Shown piece after piece: positions 57,460 to 64,000 of a DNA stretch of 64,000 bases. The notes beneath the pieces are model-generated. The model was not told the origin of the DNA. It did not search any database and was given only the letters and a program-made list of their open reading frames with translations. The position numbers and the translations under genes are program-made. The stretch spans positions 1,922,001-1,986,000 of the forward strand of contig OZ024766.1 in the NCBI GenBank assembly GCA_964016885.1, in the 5' to 3' direction. Origin of the DNA: Eledone cirrhosa. Lineage: Eukaryota. Each line of letters begins with the position of its first letter. The first letter of the stretch is position 1.

Positions 57460-58478
57460 TCTGTAGGTAACACAGTAAAAAGATCCCAGTCCACACTGTA
57501 AAGTGGTCATGTAGGTAACACGGTAAAAAGGCTCCCAGTCCACACTCTAAAGTGGTCATATAGGTAACACAGTAAAAAGATCCCAGTCCACACTGTAAAG
57601 TGGTCATGTAGGTGACACAGTAAAAAGGCTCCCAGTCCACACTGTAAAGTGGTCATGTAGGTAACACGGTAAAAAGGCTCGCAGTCCACACTGTAAAGTG
57701 GTCATGTAGGTAACAGTAAAAAGATCCCAGTCCACACTGTAAAGTGGTCATGTAGGTAACACAGTAAAGTGGTCATGTAGGAGACACAGTAAAAAGGCTC
57801 CCAGTCCACACTGTAAAGTGGTCATGTAGGAGACACAGTAAAAAGGCTCCCAGTCCACACTGTAAAGTGGTCATGTAGGTAACACAGTAAAAAGATCCCA
57901 GTCCACACTGTAAAGTGGTCATGGAGGTAAAGCAGTAAAAAGGCTCCCAGTCCACACTGTAAAGTGGTCATGTAGGAGACACAGTAAAAAGGCTCCCAGT
58001 CCACACTGTAAAGTGGTCATGTAGGTAACACAGTAAAGTGGTCATGTAGGAGACACAGTAAAAAGGCTCCCAGTCCACACTGTAAAGTGGTCATGTAGGA
58101 GACACAGTAAAAAGGCTCCCAGTCCACACTGTAAAGTGGTCATGTAGGTAACACAGTAAAAAGATCCCAGTCCACACTGTAAAGTGGTCATGGAGGTAAA
58201 GCAGTAAAAAGGCTCCCAGTCCACACTGTAAAGTGGTCATGTAGGAGACACAGTAAAAAGATCCCAGTCCACACTGTAAAGTGGTCATGGAGGTAAAGCA
58301 GTAAAAAGGCTCCCAGTCCACACTGTAAAGTGGTCATGTAGGTAACACAGTAAAGTGGTCATGTAGGAGACACAGTAAAAAGGCTCCCAGTCCACACTGT
58401 AAAGTGGTCATGTAGGAGACACAGTAAAAAGGCTCCCAGTCCACACTGTAAATGTGTTTGGTGTTAGGAAGGGCATCT
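57460..58478 (+). repeat. 48/49-bp minisatellite variant with 269-bp higher-order period
   Basis: Identical ORFs at 57773 and 58042. Ends in GTTAGGAAGGGCATC. Confidence 0.85.
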
Positions 58479-58699
58479 GTAGAACCGTGGAGCTGGCAGT
58501 GAAAAGATTTGAGATTGGGCATATTGAAGGTACTAGGGTGGGAGTGAAAAATAGACGGGTGAGAAGAAGGAGGTGTAAGAAGATTGTAGTAGAGGAAAAG
58601 TGGTAGAGAGGCGTGGAATATTTAAATGGAAGAAGCAAAGAAAATTTCAATGATACGAAAGATTTGCTGGTGGAAGTTGAGGTCTTATGTGTATATATT

Positions 58700-59034
58700 C
58701 CAGTAACCAGAGTCAACGACCATCCAAATGAGTTAAAGGCCCCCAGTTGGTGTCACACCTTTCTAGGAGAGGGAAACTCTGAAAAAAAACCTGCAGCTTT
58801 GGAAGCATCCGATGATGTTGACCAGTTCTCCTTTTCGGGTAATGTCTTTGATGCTCAGAGAGTGGGATTGGTCGAGTGCAAGGCCTTTCCCCACTTAAAA
58901 AACCTTCAAATCACAGGCATTGCTTGTTCAGGGTCTGTTACAGGTTTGTGTGGCTGGCCGTAGCCTAAAGTTGAACCAAACTTTATAATCTGACAAGCAA
59001 TTGCAGTATTCTTAGCAGAGTTTGCAGCCATCAT
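58700..59034 (+). mobile_element. Bipartite RTE-derived non-autonomous element; relatives at 35630-35960(-), 59491-59897, 61118-61517, 63185-63590(-)
   Basis: Shared CTAGGAGARGGAAACTCTGA...GAGAGTGGGAYTGG...CACAGGCATTG 5' block and GCAGCCAYCAT 3' end, with no ORF. Confidence 0.55.
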
Positions 59035-59037
59035 GTG

Positions 59038-59070
<33 letters not shown>

Positions 59071-59490
59071 ATATTCCAGTAACCAGTGATACGATATACA
59101 GCACCTCCCCCATAACCAGCTTATTGCCAGGCGACAGCCTCAGTGCTCCTGATGATGAACAGACATTCCTTATACTGGATCCTGATCATGTAAGTTGTTA
59201 CTATTTAGCTGTTGTTTTTAGCGTTACATTATCCTTCATACACATACATGTCTCTCTATCCACCCGTCTGTCTCTCTCTCTGTATATCTCTGTCTGTCTC
59301 TCTGTCTGTCTGTCTGTCTCTCTGTCTACCCCCTCCCCTATTGGGGATTGTTAAATTTGCTTGTTTCAATATTTTTACCCGACTGTATGTAAAATCCCCG
59401 GCATGTGTCTTTGTTTTGTCCCCTTTTCTAGTGCGCCCGTGTGGCAAATAAAGAAATCTACCTATCTATCTATCTATCTATCTATATATT

Positions 59491-62400
59491 GGGAGACATG
59501 ACCCCTTAGCCTTTGTCAAGGCAGAATTCTAGAAGGAAAACTCTGATATAACACCTGCAGCCCTGATGGTATCAAATGATATTGACTTGTTCTTTTTGGT
59601 AAATATCATCTTGGTTAAGAGAGTGGGACTGGCTTTGTGCAGTGCCTTTGCTCACTATAAAAGCTTCACAGCACAGGCATTGTTTTATATCTGGAGATCT
59701 CTCTGCCCTTGTCGTCACATGGTACCATGGGCCCAGCACTATGTGTCAATAAATGTCACAAGTGTAGTGTTTGTACCAGAGTTTTCAAGTCGCTGGCTGG
59801 ACTGAAAACTCACACTCGTTCAGCGCTTCGGTAGGGGTTCTCCTACATGGATATAAAGTAGTGACCGTACTCGAAAACGAGTTGGCAGCCACCATATATA
59901 TAGATGTATGTATATATATTTATATATATACGAATATATATATTTATATACATATAGTAATAATAAATATGAAGACTAAAATACAAAGAGGTCTCGATAA
60001 CGATAAAGATAAATATATATCGAATATATATATATATAATATGTATGCATGTATATATGTATGTATGTACGTACGTATGTATATATGTACGTATGTATAT
60101 ATATATATATATATATGTATGTATATATGTATGTATATATATATATGTATATATATATATATACACATCTATATATATAAATTAATATATATATATGTAT
60201 ATATATATACACATCTATATATATAAATTAATATATATATACACATCTATATATATAAATATATTGTAAATTATTCCTACTACGGCAGTTCGATATCGAA
60301 CCTCTCACCTCGCTACGAAACAATAAATACCCATTACTCCTACCAACGAAGCTACCAGAAAACTTGCTGTAAATTTTATATATTTAAAGTATTAAAAACC
60401 TTAAATTTATTTATTTAATTATAAATACGGAAAGTGTAGAGACAGAAGATAAATAAAACTTCAAAATAATCATAATATCTGACATTGTTTTGAGAATAAT
60501 AGTGTAAAATTGACACCGGTTTAGGGGTTCCACGTAACCCTTGCCCTCTCGTTCCCATGGTGACTTGATGTTCAAAATAAAGAGAGGTGTGCAATAAATT
60601 AGTTAATTATTTGATATTTATTCATTAATATCAAATAAGGAACAAGATGGCGGGAAAGAAATTTAAAAAATTGCCGTCGTTAAAAAAAAAATTCAGCCAT
60701 TACCCTCCCATGATGCAACAGTAGAGGTAAATACTTTGACTATTTAGCGACATCAGTTCCCCAGATTTCTCTCAGCCGAAATCTCAAGAACGATAACTCT
60801 GTCTTTACTTAATCGCAAAAATGGGTGCAAAAAAGTTTCAGCTGACTTTTTTATGTTTGATGATTGAATCACGTTAAGCGTGAAAGCAGCGATTCTTAAT
60901 TTAAATTTTAACCTCCTGTTATAATATTATATATAGTAATATATATATAGATATATATAATTATTTAACATAAATTACTTAACATATATAGAGAGTGTGG
61001 CACTCCGTCGGTTACGACGAAGGGAATTTGTGTTTTTATTACTAATGATTAAATATGTATGTATATACATATGTATGTATATGCATATGTATGTATGTAT
61101 ATATACATACATATCCGGGAGAGATGACCCCTTAGCCTTTGTCAAGGCTGAATTCTAGGAGAAGGAAAACTCTGATATAACACCTGCAGCCCTGATGGTA
61201 TCCAATGATATTGACTTGTTCTTTTTGGTAAATATCATCTTGGTTAAGAGAGTGGGACTGGCTTTGTGCAGTGCTCACTATAAAAGCTTCACAGCACAGG
61301 CATTGCTTTATATCTGGAGATCTCTCTGCACTTGTCGTCACATGGTACCATGGGCCCAGCACTATGTGTCAATAATTGTCACAAGTGTAGTGTTTGCACC
61401 GGAGTTTTCAAGTCGCTGGCTGGACTAAAAAGTCACACTCGTTCAGCGCATCGGTAGGGGTTCTCCTACATGGATATAAAGTAGTGACAGTACTCGAAAA
61501 CGAGTTGGCAGCCACCATATATATAGATGTATGTATATATATTTATATATATACGAACATATAAATTTATATATATATATAGTAATAATAAATGTGAAGA
61601 CTAAAATCCAAAGAGGTTTCGATAAAGATAAATAAATATCGAATATATATGTGTGTATATATATATGTATGTATGTATATATATGTATATGTATGTATAT
61701 ATATGTATGTATATGTACGTATGTATGTATTATATGTATGTACATATATGTATGTATTTATATATGTATGTATGTACATATATGTATGTATGTATGTATA
61801 TATATATATATATATATACATATATATACACACATCTATATATATAAAATAAACACATTGTAAATTATTCCTACTACAGCAGTTCGATATCGAACCTCTC
61901 ACCTCGCTACAAAGCAATAAATACCCATTTCTCCTACCAACGAAGCTACCAGAAAACTTGCTGTAAATTTTATATATTAAAAACCTTAAATTTATTTATT
62001 TAATTATAAATACGGAAAGTGTAGAGACAGAAGATAAATAAAACTTCAAATAATCATAATATCCGACATTGTTTTGAGAATAATAGTGTAAAATTGACAC
62101 CGGTTTAGGGGTCCACGTAACCTTTGCCCTCTAAATATTTAATCATTAGTAATAAAAACACGAATTCCCTTCGTAGTAACCGACGGAGTGCCACACTCTC
62201 TCTGTATTTATATATATATATGTTAAGTAGTTTGTGTTAAATAATTATATATATATATATAATATTATAAGAATAGGTTAAAATTTAAGTTAAGAATCGC
62301 AGGTTTCACGCTTAACGTGATTCAATCATCAAATATAAAAAAGTCAGCTGAAACTTTTTTGCACCCATTTTTGCGATTAAGTAAAGACAGAGTTATCGTT

Positions 62401-64000
62401 CTTGAGATTTCGGCTGAGAGAAATTTGGGGAACTGATGTCGCTAAATCGTCAAAGTATTTACCTCTACTGTTGCATCATGGGAGGGTAATGGCTGAATTT
62501 TTTTTTTAACGACGGCAATTTTTTAAATTTCTTTCCCGCCATCTTGTTCCTTGTTTGATATTAATGAATAAATATCAAATAATTAACTAATTTATTGCAC
62601 ACCTCTCTTTATTTTGAACATCAAGTCACCATGGGAACGAGAGGGCAAGGGTTACGTGGAACCCTAAACCGGTGTCAATTTTACACTATTATTCTCAAAA
62701 CAATGTCAAATATTATGATTATTTTGAAGTTTTATTTATCTTCTGTCTCTACACTTTCCGTATTTATAATTAAATAAATAAATTTAAGGTTTTTAATACT
62801 TTAAATATATAAAATTTACAGCAAGTTTTCTGGTAGCTTCGTTGGTAGGAGTAATGGGTATTTATTGTTTCGTAGCGAGGTGAGAGGTTCGATATCGAAC
62901 TGCCGTAGTAGGAATAATTTACAATATATTTATATATATAGATGTGTATATATATATTAATTTATATATATAGATGTGTATATATATATACATACATATA
63001 TATATATATACATACATACATATATACTTACATACATACATATATATATATGTATTCGATATATATTTATCTTTATCGTTATCGAGACCTCTTTGGATTT
63101 TAGTCTTCACATTTATTATTACTATATGTATATAAATATATATATTCGTATATATATAAATATATATACATACATCTATATATATGGTGGCTGCCAACTC
63201 ATTTTCGAGTACGGCTACTACTTTATATCCATGTAGGAGAACCCCTAGCGATGCGCTGAACGAGTGTGACTTTTCAGTCCAGCCAGCGACTTGAAAACTC
63301 TGGTGCAAACAGTACACTTGTGACATTTATTGACACATAGTGCTGGGCCCATGGTACCATGTGACGACAAGTGCAGAGAGATCTCCAGATATAAAGCAAT
63401 GCCTGTGACGTGAAGCTTTTATATTGAGCAAAGGCACTGCACAAAGCCAGTCCCACTCTCTTAACCAAGATGATATTTACCAAAAAGAAGGACAAGTCAA
63501 CATCATTGGATACCATCAGGGTTGCAGGTGTTATATCAGAGTTTTCCTTCTCCTAGAATTCTGCCTTGACAAAGGCTAAGGGGTCATCTTTCCCGGATAT
63601 GTATATATATATACATACATACATATTCAATCATTAGTAATAAAAACACGAATTCCCTTCGTCGTAAACGACGGAGTGCCACACTCTCTCTGTATTTATA
63701 TCACGGCACAGGCATTGCTTTATATCTGGAGATCTCTCTGCACTTGTCGTCACATGGTACCATGGGCCCAGCACTATGTGTCAATAAATGTCACAAGTGT
63801 AGTGTTTGTACCAGAGTTTTCAAGTCGCTGGCTGGACTGAAAAATCACACTCGTTCAGCGCATCCGTAGGGGTTCTCCTACATGGATATAAAGTAGTGGC
63901 CGTACTCGAAAACGAGTTGGCAGCCACCATATATATATAGATGTATGTATATATATTTATATATATTCGAATATATATATTTATATACATATAGTAATAA
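59491..64000. repeat. Tandem plus inverted segmental amplification of a ~1.63-kb unit
   Basis: Copy A (+) 59491-61117, copy B (+, truncated) 61118-62131, inverted block 62135-63700, copy D (+) 63705 to the window end. Confidence 0.9.

Noticed and set aside
59148-59190. CTGATGA motif as a hammerhead
   Set aside because: No in-register GAAA/UH and no stems. The same applies to 9649 and 24126.
60647-60724. Short ORF MAGKKFKKLPSLKKK...
   Set aside because: Only 25 codons, spans a poly-A run that differs in length in the inverted copy, and has no recognisable homology.

Overview
Repeat-rich, AT-rich eukaryotic genomic DNA, most likely an octopod cephalopod. This is inferred from the tRNA-derived SINE families and the very high (AT)n/(AC)n load. 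Two multi-exon genes diverge from a central region. (1) CWC27, the spliceosomal cyclophilin, is complete on the + strand: 11 coding exons, 37547-54495, 545 aa, with all splice phases closing. (2) A C1orf87-like EF-hand-type gene lies on the - strand: 11 phase-consistent exons from 15693 to 5130, plus a probable ATG-bearing exon at 27520-27449, about 770 aa. Most other long ORFs in the supplied track are microsatellite or minisatellite artefacts. The introns hold RTE-type LINE fragments, two tRNA-SINE families, Helentron/HINE-like elements and piggyBac-like MITEs carrying a 72-bp array. They also hold bipartite RTE-derived elements and Penelope-like remnants with about ten hammerhead-ribozyme motifs, one with an extra hairpin inserted in the core. 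The most notable structures are the repeated expansion of one SINE-internal module into VNTR arrays and a tandem-plus-inverted amplification of a ~1.63-kb unit carrying promoter-like motifs at the right end. All calls were read by eye, with no database searches.
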